Below, piece after piece: positions 1 through 10,442 of a stretch of DNA of 64,000 nucleotides. Origin of the DNA: an uncultured Poribacteria bacterium (GTDB taxonomy: Bacteria > Poribacteria > WGA-4E > WGA-3G); NCBI GenBank assembly GCA_951813565.1, contig OX638351.1, forward strand, positions 2,560,001-2,624,000, written 5' to 3'. The position numbers were made by a program, and so were the translations under genes. The notes under the pieces were generated by a model that worked only from the letters and a program-made list of their open reading frames with translations, was not told the DNA's origin and ran no database searches. Position 1 is the stretch's first letter. Each line of letters opens with the position of its first letter.

Positions 1-71
1 GGGTATATCCTTAAATTGACACCTATGGGTTCACTATGTTCAAACCAACCTACACTTAAACCACCTTCAAA

Positions 72-1652
72 CTAAGTCGCTGGGACTTCTGCGGAATCTC
101 CAGATTCATAAGTTTCAATGATACCGGCACCGACACTGTCGCCCCAAACGTTAACGGTGGTGCGGAATCTGTCAAGAAGCCAGTCAATTGAAAGTATCAA
201 GGCGACACCTTCGATCGGTAGTCCAACAGCATTTAGCACAATAACCATCGTAACAAGTCCTGCTTCAGGTATCCCTGCAGCACCGATTGCGGCAAGCGTT
301 GCAGTCAACACAACAATTATTTGCTCCACCGGTCCCATTGGTATAGCATATACCTGTGCAATGAACATAACAGCGACTGCTTCATAAAGCGCAGTGCCAT
401 CCATGTTAATGGTAGCACCTAATGGCAAAACAAAACTGGCAGTACGGTTAGAGATGCCGTTTTGTTCTTCAACACCTTCCATAGTGAGCGGCAAAGTCGC
501 ACTTGAACTCGCTGTGGAGAACGCGTTCAGCAATGCGGTTCCCACGCCTTTGGCGTATCCGAAAGGGTTTCGCCTTCCTAAAATGAGAAGCATCACTGGA
601 AGTACAATGAAACCGTGGACGCCAAGCCCCAATATGACCGTAACACTATATTTTCCGACAGCCACTAATTCTGGCCAGAATCCAGCGAATCCGTCCGCCT
701 TTCCTATCCTACCAGCTATTAAGCCAAAGATACCTACCGGTGCAAGGAACATGATCCAGTTAACAATCCTCATCACAGCTTCATTAAACGCTTGGAAAAT
801 AGCTATAGCGGGTTTACCTACTTCACCGATGACTGACAAAGCCGCACCGATGAGCAGTGAGAAAAAGATGAGTGGTAGGATTTCCATGTTCGCCATCGCC
901 TTGAAGACGTTTGACGGAATCATACCCTGTTTCCCAGTTTCTTTGTTACCAAGGAACACCTCTATAATGGTGCCAACCATAGTACGTTGCTCTTTACCTT
1001 GAACTTTTGAGGCAATTGGCAGGGAAATTTTAACACCGGTACCAGTTGCTTGCAAATCCAAATCACTAAATTGTTTGTTATCGATCATTAACAGGTTACC
1101 ACTCTCTGCTACAATGTATTCCACATCATCTGATAAAACTTGCCAGCGATCTACAGTGACTGTGTTGCCATCAATAGATTTTATCTCGCCTACCACATTC
1201 TGATCGTCGAGTGTGATGACATATTTATCGGTATAGTTTCCGGTCACTTGACCGTCCAATGTAACAGTCAGATCACCTGTGCCGCTTAACGTATAGTTTG
1301 CATTCGTTAGTTCTTCACCCGATGAAAGCCCTTTTCCGGGGGCAATGATGTTAACGAGAATCATCCCAATGACGACAGAGATGCCGGTAGTTGCCATATA
1401 GTAAAGCACAGTGCGTCCACCAATAGAACCGAGGTTACGGATATCACCTAAGTTCGTAATACCGACCACCATAGAGAAGATAACGAGTGGAACAACTATC
1501 ATCTTGAGCAATGTTAAGAAGATATCACCTAATATATGTGTGTGTTCGGCAAAATCGGGGAATAAGCCACCGACAAGTGCGCCAACAATGATAGCGATAA
1601 TAATACCGTAAAGTATACCGAGTTCGCTCTTTCCATTTCGGTTTTCATTCAT
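72..1652 (-). CDS. Dicarboxylate/amino acid:cation symporter (DAACS/SLC1), probably Asp/Glu, with ~100-aa extracytoplasmic insertion
   Basis: FSTASSSATLP, INMDGTALYE and DRFRTTVNVWGD motifs; the Arg in DRFRT fits acidic amino acid transporters. Confidence 0.92.
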   Translation of the reverse strand: MNENRNGKSELGILYGIIIAIIVGALVGGLFPDFAEHTHILGDIFLTLLKMIVVPLVIFSMVVGITNLGDIRNLGSIGGRTVLYYMATTGISVVIGMILVNIIAPGKGLSSGEELTNANYTLSGTGDLTVTLDGQVTGNYTDKYVITLDDQNVVGEIKSIDGNTVTVDRWQVLSDDVEYIVAESGNLLMIDNKQFSDLDLQATGTGVKISLPIASKVQGKEQRTMVGTIIEVFLGNKETGKQGMIPSNVFKAMANMEILPLIFFSLLIGAALSVIGEVGKPAIAIFQAFNEAVMRIVNWIMFLAPVGIFGLIAGRIGKADGFAGFWPELVAVGKYSVTVILGLGVHGFIVLPVMLLILGRRNPFGYAKGVGTALLNAFSTASSSATLPLTMEGVEEQNGISNRTASFVLPLGATINMDGTALYEAVAVMFIAQVYAIPMGPVEQIIVVLTATLAAIGAAGIPEAGLVTMVIVLNAVGLPIEGVALILSIDWLLDRFRTTVNVWGDSVGAGIIETYESGDSAEVPAT

Positions 1653-1990
1653 AGTTTACTTCCTTTTGTAGGTGGAGTTTTACCTCCATTATGAAATTAT
1701 TGTAAGATTGATTAAGTAAAGAATGTATCTCGGTAAATTTCATGCATAACGTTTACCTTTTCGGTATACATAGTATCAAACTATTGCTTCTGTGAAGTAG
1801 TAATAATGTATACAGAATTACCGAGACTATTTTCAATTCACTAATCCTAATCTACCTGAAGGCGGCCCCAATGACAGCCTCAAACGGGCGGTCAACAATT
1901 ATGTACCCCCTCATCCGCCCAAGTCCTCAAATCCTCTCATAGAAACATTTTCTCAGAGTGTTAGTAAACACAAAACCTTTTAAGCACGCG

Positions 1991-4003
1991 TTACGCATCC
2001 ACATCTACACGTATAGACAACTCTTCTAATTGTGCCTCTGTCACAGTAGATGGGGCATGGGTAAGTGGGCAAAGCCCTTGTTGCGATTTTGGGAATGCAA
2101 TCACCTCGCGAATGTTCTCCTCGTTTCGCATTAACATCACAATACGGTCAAGCCCTGGTGCAATCCCCGCATGTGGTGGCGTGCCATATTCCAAAGCGTC
2201 AATGAAATAGCCGAACCGATTTTTAACGTCTTCGGGTGTAATCTTCAGAATATCAAAAATCTTCTGTTGGATATCCCATTGATGTATTCTAACACTCCCA
2301 CTACAGATTTCTGAGCCATTGCAAACCAAATCGTAGTGTTGACTCTGAACCTTGCCGGGATCTGTATCTAACAGATGTAAGGTATCCTCTGTTGCACCCG
2401 TGAACAGATGATGGAACGGTTCAAATCGATTCTCCTCTTCATTCCATTCGAACAGCGGATAATCCACAATCCACAAGAAGTTATAACGGTCTTCATCAAT
2501 CAGGTTTAGTTTGCGACCGAGATGTAGGCGAAGATTGCCGAGTGCATCTGCAACAACTTTTGATCGGTCAGCAACAAAAAACATTATGTCTCCGGGTTTT
2601 GCTCCCGTTCTCTCTTGTGCTGTTTCGAGCTGCTCAGTTTTGAAAAACTTAACAATACCTGATGAGAATTCATCTGATGTGACCTTAACCCATGCCAATC
2701 CCTTTGCGCGGTAGGTCGCAACGAACTCCGTCAAATCGTCAATATCTTTTCTTGAAAAATCTGCCCCTCCAGGGACAGCGATGCCTTTTACTTGTCCACC
2801 GGAAGACAGAGCACGGGTGAATACCTGAAAATCACAGTCTGCCATTACATCGGAGAGGTCTGTAAGTTCCATACCAAATCGCGTATCTGGTTTATCATTG
2901 CCGAACCGTGCCATCGATTCATGGTAGGGCAACCTTAAGAAAGGCGTTTCAACAGAAATGTTCCCAGCTTCCTCAAATATCCGTTTCATCAGACCTTCGG
3001 TTACCTCAAGCACATCGTCAACACCTGCGAAGGACATCTCAATATCAAGTTGTGTGAACTCAAGTTGTCTATCAGCGCGAGTATCCTCATCGCGGAAACA
3101 GCGTGCAATTTGAAAATAACGGTCTACTCCGCTCATCATCAGAATCTGTTTGAACTGTTGCGGCGATTGCGGAAGCGCATAGAATTTACCGGGATAATAA
3201 CGACTCGGCACGAGAACATCGCGTGCGCCTTCTGGTGTGCTATTCATCAAGATAGGTGTCTCAATTTCAAGGAATCCCTCTTCATTCATATAGTTACGGG
3301 CTGCAAGGGCGGCTTTATGCCGCATTTCAAGCGTTTTTTGCATCTCCGGTCGCCGCAAATCGATAAACCGATAACGCATCCGTATATCTTCTGCTACCTC
3401 GATCTCGTCTTCTACTGGGAACGGTGGTGTTTTGGCAGTATTAAGTATGTTCAACGAATCTACCGCTATTTCAATCTCACCTGTGGCAAGCTCTGGATTC
3501 ACGGTGCCTTGATAAATATTTAGACTGTCTGCTTCACGTTCTATGTCGTAAGTTCTATTATTTTCCACATCAGTGAGAAGCCATCGTTTGTCATTCTCGC
3601 GAACATCAACTTTTATGTTGTCTGACAGTGTGTATTTTGTATCTAAATCCGAAAAAAGTGATCGCAATTCGGTTGACAAAGATGTTCCATTGGAGAGTTC
3701 CGCTTGGAATGCTGCATCTGCTTTGAAGAGCAGTTCGCCCGGGGCACGTTCACGGACTGTTCCGCTGACATTTAGGACAAACTCACTTCTGACAGCATCT
3801 GCAAGCGCGTGTGCTTTTTCGTCAATCTGTGGGTCGAAGACTACCTGTGTAATTCCAGTTCTATCGCGTAAATCCACGAAAATCACACCGCCGTGGTCGC
3901 GGCGACGTCTCACCCAGCCATTCAGTTGGGCAGTGGTACCAGCATCACTCAAACGCAGATCACCACAATAGTGGGTCCGTTTTAAAGAAGGTTCTTGGGA
4001 CAT
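1991..4003 (-). CDS. aspS: Aspartate--tRNA ligase, likely non-discriminating Asp/Asn type, with 77-aa insertion
   Basis: RTHYCG, RRDHGGVIFVDLRD, ALPQSPQ, FRDED, GAD domain, PPHAGIAPGLDR. Confidence 0.97.
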   Translation of the reverse strand: MSQEPSLKRTHYCGDLRLSDAGTTAQLNGWVRRRRDHGGVIFVDLRDRTGITQVVFDPQIDEKAHALADAVRSEFVLNVSGTVRERAPGELLFKADAAFQAELSNGTSLSTELRSLFSDLDTKYTLSDNIKVDVRENDKRWLLTDVENNRTYDIEREADSLNIYQGTVNPELATGEIEIAVDSLNILNTAKTPPFPVEDEIEVAEDIRMRYRFIDLRRPEMQKTLEMRHKAALAARNYMNEEGFLEIETPILMNSTPEGARDVLVPSRYYPGKFYALPQSPQQFKQILMMSGVDRYFQIARCFRDEDTRADRQLEFTQLDIEMSFAGVDDVLEVTEGLMKRIFEEAGNISVETPFLRLPYHESMARFGNDKPDTRFGMELTDLSDVMADCDFQVFTRALSSGGQVKGIAVPGGADFSRKDIDDLTEFVATYRAKGLAWVKVTSDEFSSGIVKFFKTEQLETAQERTGAKPGDIMFFVADRSKVVADALGNLRLHLGRKLNLIDEDRYNFLWIVDYPLFEWNEEENRFEPFHHLFTGATEDTLHLLDTDPGKVQSQHYDLVCNGSEICSGSVRIHQWDIQQKIFDILKITPEDVKNRFGYFIDALEYGTPPHAGIAPGLDRIVMLMRNEENIREVIAFPKSQQGLCPLTHAPSTVTEAQLEELSIRVDVDA

Positions 4004-4023
4004 AATGGGTCTGTATTTTCCTC

Positions 4024-7000
4024 CTATTTTTGTATCTCTTTAAGTTCGTTTTGTATCTGTTGTTTAGCAAATTGTAAGTTTGTTAGATCAGAGGTATAAG
4101 GGATAGCTCGATCGATATTTTTTAGTGCGGTTGTAAAGTACTCTTGCTGTTTTTGCGGTTGATTCATAGCGGCATAGACGTTGCCAAGGATGTAAAATGA
4201 GCGCCACGCATTTTCATCAGCATCCACACCTTTTTGTGCGTACTTCTTTGCTTCATCTAAATTATTCAATACAAGGTGAAGACGTGCCATAGCAGCGAAG
4301 ATTATTTCGGGCAAGTCAGGTTCACGTTGTTCCCACCGTTCGTAGGTGCGAAGTGCCTCCTTGTAACGTTCTTGACGTTCATATAACGCACCAAGAATAG
4401 GATAAACTTCTGATCTGCTCGGATCGCGCTTGAGTAATTTTTCAAGTTCTGTTGATGCTTTCGCAAGTTCTGTTGTCGCCTTTTCAAGTTCTGTTGTCGC
4501 CTTTTCAAGTTCACCCTTTCTCTCATACTGCATCGCCAGATTTTCATACTCTGAAGCATAACGCTCATACACTGTCGCCAATTGAAGATGTACTTGAACA
4601 TCGCCAGGATTTTGCCGCATGTTCTGTTGCGCTTCTTTTTCAAGTTGGCGGAGTTCTTCTTGGTAACCTTCGTTAATAAAGCCGGAGACAACCCCAAAAT
4701 TGTAGCGAATTGTTTCGTCAATCGGATTGTCGCGCACCGCTTCGTTCATCAAAGTGCTCGCTTTTTCGAGTTGTGCAGCGGGATTGGCAATTTGTGCTTT
4801 AGCATAAGCAATCTGTCCAAGAATCAATTTCTGTGTGGCATTAAAGTAGGTAGCTATCTTTTCCTGAACTGCTTTTTTCTCTTCCCACGTCGCACCATAG
4901 TTTCTTAGAAACGGTGTAACGTGCTGCCGATATTCTTTCATTCCTTCAATATTTTTAGCGGTAGAGCTCACTAAATCTTCACCTTTAAAGAATTCTAATC
5001 TGGGTCTGTCATCTGTGTGGATAGGTCCATCACTTGCATATTCTCGAACTGCCCTTGGTCCCATCATAAATGAGTCAAGCAGCGACATGCCATCAAGGTC
5101 ATCAGCAGCAAGCCCCTCACGAATACTCGGTATCCGACAACGTGCCATAAAATCTTCGTAATCTATAGAGAGACGTTTCCGTGTGCCGATAAGAATCACA
5201 AAATCGGGTGTGTATTTATACCAGAGGGTTGTCTCTGGAAATACATTGATAAATGTACGAACAATCATCTTATAATGCGCCTCCGGTAAACGATGCAGCG
5301 GCACCCACTGACACATCACACCGCCCTCAGTCAAGATTCTTTTACACAACTTATAAAAGTCTTCTGTATAGATATTGGAACTTCCAGCACTCACAAGCGG
5401 ATGGATTATTCCAGTAGAAATCATATCATACTTCGTTTGCTCATACTTGGTTTGCGTCATCAGGATATGGTTGCGTCCATCATTAATCTTATAGTTAAAT
5501 AGTCGGTTTTCAAATATGTTGCCATTAACATGTTTGAAATGTTCTTGTGCTGCAGAAATCACCCCTTTTGATAACTCTATTGCATCAACTTGCACGCCAT
5601 GTTGCGTTATTGAATGAGAAGTGAGTCCCATGCCAAAACCAACGACAAGTGCGCGTTTCGGATTAGGATGTAATAGCAATGGCAAATGTGCGATAACACG
5701 GTGCGAAGGAGAGTCCCACCGCGAAGCGTCAGCGGCTTGATTCGCATCTACATAGAGTCGGTAAATCCCTTCGTCATCTTTCAACGTCGTTACCGTCGCG
5801 TCTACTTCCTCCTTGTAATCAACAACTTCATCGCCCGGGCGTTGCGTTTTATAAATCGTGCTTTTTTTGAAAAGCGGTTGACTCAAAGTCAATAATAAAA
5901 TAACAGCTAACCCAATATTGAGTATCGGCACAGCGATGCCCATTCCTTGAAAAATAGACTTGGCACCGCTTCCTGATTCCGTTTCACCTATCTCAGCATC
6001 CTTAGACGTACGTAATCCTTTCAAAACAAGCAGACACCCGATACCTGTGTTCAATGCTACTGTTAAAACAATACTTGGACGAATGCCTAATAGTGGAATT
6101 AACAAAAACCCCGCACAAAACGCGCCCAAAATACTTCCGACTGTGTTAATAGCATAAACATTGCCAATACTCCTACCGAGTTGACGCGCGTTACCGGTAT
6201 ATATTTTTGTAACGAGTGGAAAACTTGCGCCCATCAAAAATGTAGGAAGACTCATCACAACGAAACAGGAAAAGAATGCCCAGAATCTGCTACTACCGAA
6301 TGTTGACTGGAGTGCATAGGTCATCCCATATAATCTCTCAAATGCGGGCATCAGGGCAATTGCGAAGAGTCCAATACCCAGTTGTACGATGCCAAAAATG
6401 GTAACCGGTTGTTTTATCTTGTCAACCCAACGTGCTAAAACTATACTTCCTAATGCAATTCCAAAAAGAAACGCAGCGAGCATCGTGGCAAACGCATAAG
6501 TCGTACTCCCAAGAAAGAATACGAGAATACGAGTCCACAACACTTCGTACGCTAAAGCACAGAAACCTGATATTCCTATCGCCCATAGAACCAATTGTCG
6601 TTCTTGTTTGACAACTTCAGGGACTGCGGCTTCCTGTTCACCTGCTACGGATTCTGTTTGTTCTATCGACTCCTCGTTTTCATCCGTTTCTATTTTGTGG
6701 GCATGCCGTGCCAATACCAATGCAACTAACGCAACACCGAGATTTATTGCAATTCCCACTCGGAGTGTCCATGTAATTCCCAATGCTTGAATCAAGAAAA
6801 ACCCTGCCGTCACAGTGCCGATGACTGCGCCAAACGTATTCAACGCATATAGAATTCCGATGTTCGTGCCAAGTTGTTCCAATCTTTTGACAAAAAACCG
6901 TGTCAGGACAGGTAAAGTGCCACCCATCAATGTAGAAGGGATTAGTAATATGCCAAATGTCAGGACAAAACGGATAAGTGAGAGGGTATAGAATTCGGAT

Positions 7001-7320
7001 GTAATGTTGCGGTAAATAAGGACATAGAGACCAGTGAGGACGGTTAACAACAGCGGCCAGATAATACAAAACCCACCGATACCTACTTCAAGGAGGGCGT
7101 AAAGTTTCAGCGGTGACATTCTGCCCTCATCAATCTTTCTGCCGAAGTAGAAGCTGCCAAGTGCGAGCCCTGCCATGAATGCTGTTAGTACGGTGCTTGT
7201 CGCAAAAACGGTGCTGCCGAAGACAAGCGTCAGTTGCCGCATCCAGATAACTTCATAGATGAGGGCACTCGCGCCGGATAGGATAAAGATGAGCCAAACG
7301 AGGAGTTTTATGTGTCGCAT
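4024..7320 (-). CDS. Fused membrane domain/spermidine synthase-like methyltransferase with C-terminal TPR-like repeats
   Basis: Two LxYEVxWxR transmembrane repeats, LVVGFGMGLT SAM-type motif, HTDDRPRLEF, helical TPR-like tail. Confidence 0.85.
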   Translation of the reverse strand: MRHIKLLVWLIFILSGASALIYEVIWMRQLTLVFGSTVFATSTVLTAFMAGLALGSFYFGRKIDEGRMSPLKLYALLEVGIGGFCIIWPLLLTVLTGLYVLIYRNITSEFYTLSLIRFVLTFGILLIPSTLMGGTLPVLTRFFVKRLEQLGTNIGILYALNTFGAVIGTVTAGFFLIQALGITWTLRVGIAINLGVALVALVLARHAHKIETDENEESIEQTESVAGEQEAAVPEVVKQERQLVLWAIGISGFCALAYEVLWTRILVFFLGSTTYAFATMLAAFLFGIALGSIVLARWVDKIKQPVTIFGIVQLGIGLFAIALMPAFERLYGMTYALQSTFGSSRFWAFFSCFVVMSLPTFLMGASFPLVTKIYTGNARQLGRSIGNVYAINTVGSILGAFCAGFLLIPLLGIRPSIVLTVALNTGIGCLLVLKGLRTSKDAEIGETESGSGAKSIFQGMGIAVPILNIGLAVILLLTLSQPLFKKSTIYKTQRPGDEVVDYKEEVDATVTTLKDDEGIYRLYVDANQAADASRWDSPSHRVIAHLPLLLHPNPKRALVVGFGMGLTSHSITQHGVQVDAIELSKGVISAAQEHFKHVNGNIFENRLFNYKINDGRNHILMTQTKYEQTKYDMISTGIIHPLVSAGSSNIYTEDFYKLCKRILTEGGVMCQWVPLHRLPEAHYKMIVRTFINVFPETTLWYKYTPDFVILIGTRKRLSIDYEDFMARCRIPSIREGLAADDLDGMSLLDSFMMGPRAVREYASDGPIHTDDRPRLEFFKGEDLVSSTAKNIEGMKEYRQHVTPFLRNYGATWEEKKAVQEKIATYFNATQKLILGQIAYAKAQIANPAAQLEKASTLMNEAVRDNPIDETIRYNFGVVSGFINEGYQEELRQLEKEAQQNMRQNPGDVQVHLQLATVYERYASEYENLAMQYERKGELEKATTELEKATTELAKASTELEKLLKRDPSRSEVYPILGALYERQERYKEALRTYERWEQREPDLPEIIFAAMARLHLVLNNLDEAKKYAQKGVDADENAWRSFYILGNVYAAMNQPQKQQEYFTTALKNIDRAIPYTSDLTNLQFAKQQIQNELKEIQK
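4439..4512 (-). repeat. In-frame 21-bp tandem repeat (ELEKATT x ~3.5)
   Basis: ttttcaagttctgttgtcgcc units visible on the + strand. Confidence 0.9.
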
Positions 7321-7349
7321 TTGCTTATGCCTAACAAGGATATGTATAT

Positions 7350-7378
7350 ATAATACGCCAGTATACCCAAAATATCAA
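7350..7378 (-). promoter_or_regulatory. Putative sigma70 promoter
   Basis: TTGATA-17 nt-TATTAT upstream of the ATG at 7320. Confidence 0.5.
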
Positions 7379-7560
7379 GCAGAATTCTCTAGCTTCTAAT
7401 ACCATTCAGTTCTCCCCACCCCAATTTCTGAGGTACACATTATGACTTCGGGGACGGAAACTAAACGGCTTAGAATATGTTTTGGACTGTGAGAATTGTG
7501 ATTTTTGCACCTTCTACAGAAGATGCGAAAACCGAGAACTCAATGATTATGTATAGAGTC

Positions 7561-10404
7561 TCAGAAGGTAAATCCAAGCCCAATCTGCATTTTGGTGATG
7601 TTTCCATTACCTAAGTTCCATTGACTTCCGATCTGCAAGTTTAATTCGCGGGTTTTGTAAACTCGGATTCCCATTTCGTAATGATAAGGGTGTGTTGTGT
7701 CAAGAACTGATCGGAGTAGTGTAATATCGATTGAAACTCTATCAACTGGATAGAGTTTTAAACTTGTACCTAGGAATGGCGTATCTCCTGCAAAGCCTCC
7801 AAGGAACGCAAACACAATAGGACTTTTTCCTAAAGCGGGCCCCCACTGAAATGTAATACTTGGATTCAAGGAATTTTGATAGTATAAATCCAATTGTGCA
7901 CCAAATGTCTGATGAGTTTTTCCTTCTCGTAGGTAAGCGAAACTAAATGCATTACCCTGCTCCAATCCAAAAGTGGAGCTACCTCCTTTTAAAACGTCAT
8001 CTGACCATGCATGGCTAGTCCAGATTCCTTGATGGACAATAGGTGGTGAGGAAGATTGATCAGTAGAAGGCTCCACTGGCCGTGTTGGTGTGGGTTTTGG
8101 AGTATAACGGGAACTATATTTAATTTCCAGTACTCTCTTTTCCGTCTCGTCTTCGTTTCCTTCTTTATCAGTTGCAGTCAGATAATACCAGATGTATCCA
8201 ACCTCGCGCTGAGGTGAAATATGACCGGTGTATATATCTAAAGTGTTTTTCGTGAGGGCCTTCATATAATATTTTGAAGGTTCTGAAATTCTAGACCGTG
8301 AAAAACCATAAAAAAGGCAAACAGATTTGACAGATACATCATCTGTCACCTTTGCTTTGATAGGAATTCGCTGATTGACCTCGGAGGTTCGAATTGTATC
8401 TTGTAAGACAATTCTTGGAGGCTGACTATCAGATGAGGGTGGAGCAGGCGGACGACTGGGTTTAATTTCCAATACTTTCTTTTCCGTCTTGCCTTCGTTT
8501 CCTTCTTTATCAGTTGCAGTCAGGTAATACCAGACGTATCCGGGGTCACTTTGAGGTGAAATCCGTCCAGTGTATATATCTGAATAGGTATTTGTGAGAA
8601 CCGTTCGATAATATTGTGAAGGTTTGAAGTTTCTGGATCGTGAAAAAGCGTAAAAAAGGTAAACTAATTTGACAGCGGTGTCATCTGTTATTTCTGCCTT
8701 GATGGAAATTTCTTGGTTAACGTTGACAATTTTAGGCGAATTTCGTAAAACAATCGTTGGGGACTTATTATCAATTGGAGATTCATCATCAGTAATGGAG
8801 GTTTGATGGTAACGATATCGGCTTTTCGGATGCCTTACCACCATACGATCTTCATATTCAACCTGGATGTAATATCTAATTGAACCAGCGCGCTTTTGTG
8901 AAGGCAAGTCCACCTCGTATGTCCATGTCAACGACGCAGGATCCCGGCGCGATAGAAGCATTTTTTTATTATTTCGTTCTAATTCCTTGTTATTTTTATC
9001 GTAGGTGTTATAATAAATCCTGACTTGATTAGGTCTTTTGGAGCTGGTTAAACTTAAGGTAAGTGGAATTATTTCTCCGACGGAGACTTCTGAGACAGGC
9101 GTATGCTTGACGATAGGCGGTATCTCTATCTTAAGTTTCTTATGAGTATTAGGTGCGATTTCGATTTTTTGCTTTTTAGATACTCCTTCATAAACCCCTT
9201 CTATAGTGTAAGTCCCTTTAAATAGTTTAAGATTGATGTGACTTGTTCCAGTACCTAATTTTTTTCTATTAATTCCGTTCTCGTAAATCCAGATTTCTGT
9301 TTGGGGTAGTGAAGCAGAAACAGCCAATTCACCTATTGATTCTCTGCGCGCTTCTTCAAATAAAGGCTTAAACTTTTGATGATTAGGCCAGGGTAATTCT
9401 TGATTGGGATTTTGGCGAAGTGCCTCTTGAAATCGATCTTTTACTGCAGGAATACTTTTCCCAAATCCCAATTCTGCTGCCCCTAAGTAGATATAAACTT
9501 GAGCTCGCTGTTCTGATTTGCTAAGCCCGGATAAGGCTAACTGTAAGGATTTGATCGCCTCGTTGTACCGCGCATCTTTATATAGGTTGATGCCATTTTG
9601 AAAAGCCCTTTGAGGGGAAGGAGGTAACGGGAGTTTTGACCTTGGTGGTTCGGTTCGTGGTATGACCAGCTTTGGCTGGACTGGGTTTGGGGTAATTGGC
9701 ATAATCCGGACCCTTACTTTTTCATAGCGTTCATTCATCATGCCCAACTTGAATCTCGTGTCATCGGTGGCAGTTTCACAGAAAAAATACTTATCATTAT
9801 TGTAGGGAAAATACCACCCTTTAAAGTCACCTTTGACACCGACAGCAAGATGACCTGGTAAATCTAACAATGCTGATTTAAAGCCCAATCCGCTAAGGAT
9901 AGCCGCAAAAAGGATGCTTGTATCTTCACAGTCACCTTGGCCTTCAGCGAGTGTTTCAGTTGCATATTTGAAAAAATCATCGTATCCAGTCGTTTCATCC
10001 CTTTCATAAGGAATGGCCTGAACGAAGGCAAGGACAAAATTCACTCTCTTTTCCTCACTCCAAGTTCGAGGTATTACTCGATCAAACTCTTTGATTAACT
10101 CTCCCAATGACCTAACTCCTTTATACACCATTGGGGGAAAATGGCGATGATCGCGACTCCGTTTTTGCAGTTGATTGCGAATTCTGTTGTACCACTGTTC
10201 ATCTATCACCACTAAGGCCGTGTAAAACTTGTTTTCAAATTCCCATGAGTATGAGCGTTGGATCCCAGGGATATTTAGACGTCTTTGAAGAGCTATTCCC
10301 TGAAAAATTTCGGCCTTCATCAAAGCATCATCAGCTTTTACAGTATCTGAAGTCATCAGATACATTAAGAGTAGTATAGCGATCACGATCCGAAACTTGT
10401 TCAA
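7561..10404 (-). CDS. Secreted transglutaminase-like protein with TPR-like segment, duplicated Ig-like domains and beta-rich C-terminus
   Basis: Signal peptide; GDCED...GHLAVG...FCET catalytic-like motifs; two ~100-aa repeats ending WYYLTATDKEGNE; terminal Phe. Confidence 0.7.
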   Translation of the reverse strand: MNKFRIVIAILLLMYLMTSDTVKADDALMKAEIFQGIALQRRLNIPGIQRSYSWEFENKFYTALVVIDEQWYNRIRNQLQKRSRDHRHFPPMVYKGVRSLGELIKEFDRVIPRTWSEEKRVNFVLAFVQAIPYERDETTGYDDFFKYATETLAEGQGDCEDTSILFAAILSGLGFKSALLDLPGHLAVGVKGDFKGWYFPYNNDKYFFCETATDDTRFKLGMMNERYEKVRVRIMPITPNPVQPKLVIPRTEPPRSKLPLPPSPQRAFQNGINLYKDARYNEAIKSLQLALSGLSKSEQRAQVYIYLGAAELGFGKSIPAVKDRFQEALRQNPNQELPWPNHQKFKPLFEEARRESIGELAVSASLPQTEIWIYENGINRKKLGTGTSHINLKLFKGTYTIEGVYEGVSKKQKIEIAPNTHKKLKIEIPPIVKHTPVSEVSVGEIIPLTLSLTSSKRPNQVRIYYNTYDKNNKELERNNKKMLLSRRDPASLTWTYEVDLPSQKRAGSIRYYIQVEYEDRMVVRHPKSRYRYHQTSITDDESPIDNKSPTIVLRNSPKIVNVNQEISIKAEITDDTAVKLVYLFYAFSRSRNFKPSQYYRTVLTNTYSDIYTGRISPQSDPGYVWYYLTATDKEGNEGKTEKKVLEIKPSRPPAPPSSDSQPPRIVLQDTIRTSEVNQRIPIKAKVTDDVSVKSVCLFYGFSRSRISEPSKYYMKALTKNTLDIYTGHISPQREVGYIWYYLTATDKEGNEDETEKRVLEIKYSSRYTPKPTPTRPVEPSTDQSSSPPIVHQGIWTSHAWSDDVLKGGSSTFGLEQGNAFSFAYLREGKTHQTFGAQLDLYYQNSLNPSITFQWGPALGKSPIVFAFLGGFAGDTPFLGTSLKLYPVDRVSIDITLLRSVLDTTHPYHYEMGIRVYKTRELNLQIGSQWNLGNGNITKMQIGLGFTF

Positions 10405-10442
10405 CGAAATAACCTCCCATTTTCAGAACATCTTTAACTCCA

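Noticed and set aside
1660..1990. T-box, lysine or glycine riboswitch
   Set aside because: Consensus elements were not found; kept only as an unexplained structure.
3506..3736. Intein in aspS
   Set aside because: No N-terminal Cys/Ser, no His-Asn terminus, and too short.
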